Origin: Andalucia godoyi And28
Taxonomy: Eukaryota; Protista; Jakobida
DNA length: 64,000 nucleotides
Assembly (NCBI GenBank): GCA_009859145.1
Contig: VRVR01000034.1
Span: forward strand, 181,358-245,357
Reading direction: 5' to 3'
This document shows, piece by piece, positions 63,813 through 64,000 of this stretch. The position numbers and the translations under genes are program-made. Position 1 is the first letter of the stretch. Each line of letters begins with the position of its first letter. Below the pieces are notes generated by a model, which was given only the letters and a program-made list of their open reading frames with translations, did no database searches and was not told the origin of the DNA.

Positions 63813-64000
63813 TCGCAACACTATCACGCCTCCCCCGCGCTCTCCTTCGTTTGTTGTCCAGCTCCTTTTCGGTTCTCTCGTTTTTCTTCTTCTTCCCTGT
63901 TGTTGTCTGTGCATTTTCTTCCGTATTGAGACTCAGTACTGTCTACTGTAGATGGATGTCGGTTTTTAAATTTTTTACTATTATTTTTTACAGTTGATGA

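Noticed and set aside
2336-63914. Numerous 60-350 aa ORFs antisense to or nested in the long genes
   Set aside because: Shadow ORFs expected at about 50% GC, with no motifs.
1-64000. tRNA, rRNA and CRISPR arrays
   Set aside because: I saw no cloverleaf, rRNA signature or repeat-spacer array by eye. tRNAscan-SE and Infernal would be needed to exclude them.

Overview
Gene-dense, intron-poor eukaryotic DNA from a flagellated protist. The flagellate call rests on a tubulin deglutamylase, Rab28 and microtubule-inner-protein-like genes; the exact taxon cannot be determined here. About 28 protein-coding genes are tightly packed and separated by short A/T- or CT-rich spacers. Recognisable products: a WD40 protein, a CobW/ZNG1 GTPase, a stand-alone OPRT, FAB1/PIKfyve, a divergent pyruvate kinase, a 2-Cys peroxiredoxin, a hybrid histidine kinase, a cytosolic carboxypeptidase, PCNA, MCM-BP, a MUN+5xGRAM protein, a kelch/coiled-coil protein, Rab28, an HDHD5-like HAD, a Zn2Cys6 factor, NF-YC and two tandem multi-TM paralogues. 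Five GT-AG introns (90-153 nt) reveal or repair four genes that the ORF track splits or misses. The most notable accessory feature is a ~620 bp internally deleted, frameshifted Fanzor/TnpB element at ~45.2-45.8 kb (minus strand). Its 3' end keeps a hairpin and a possible pseudoknot, as expected of an omega-RNA scaffold. An unexplained three-block dispersed repeat lies upstream of two unrelated genes (42.5 and 54.1 kb). All family assignments come from motifs recognised by eye; no searches were run.
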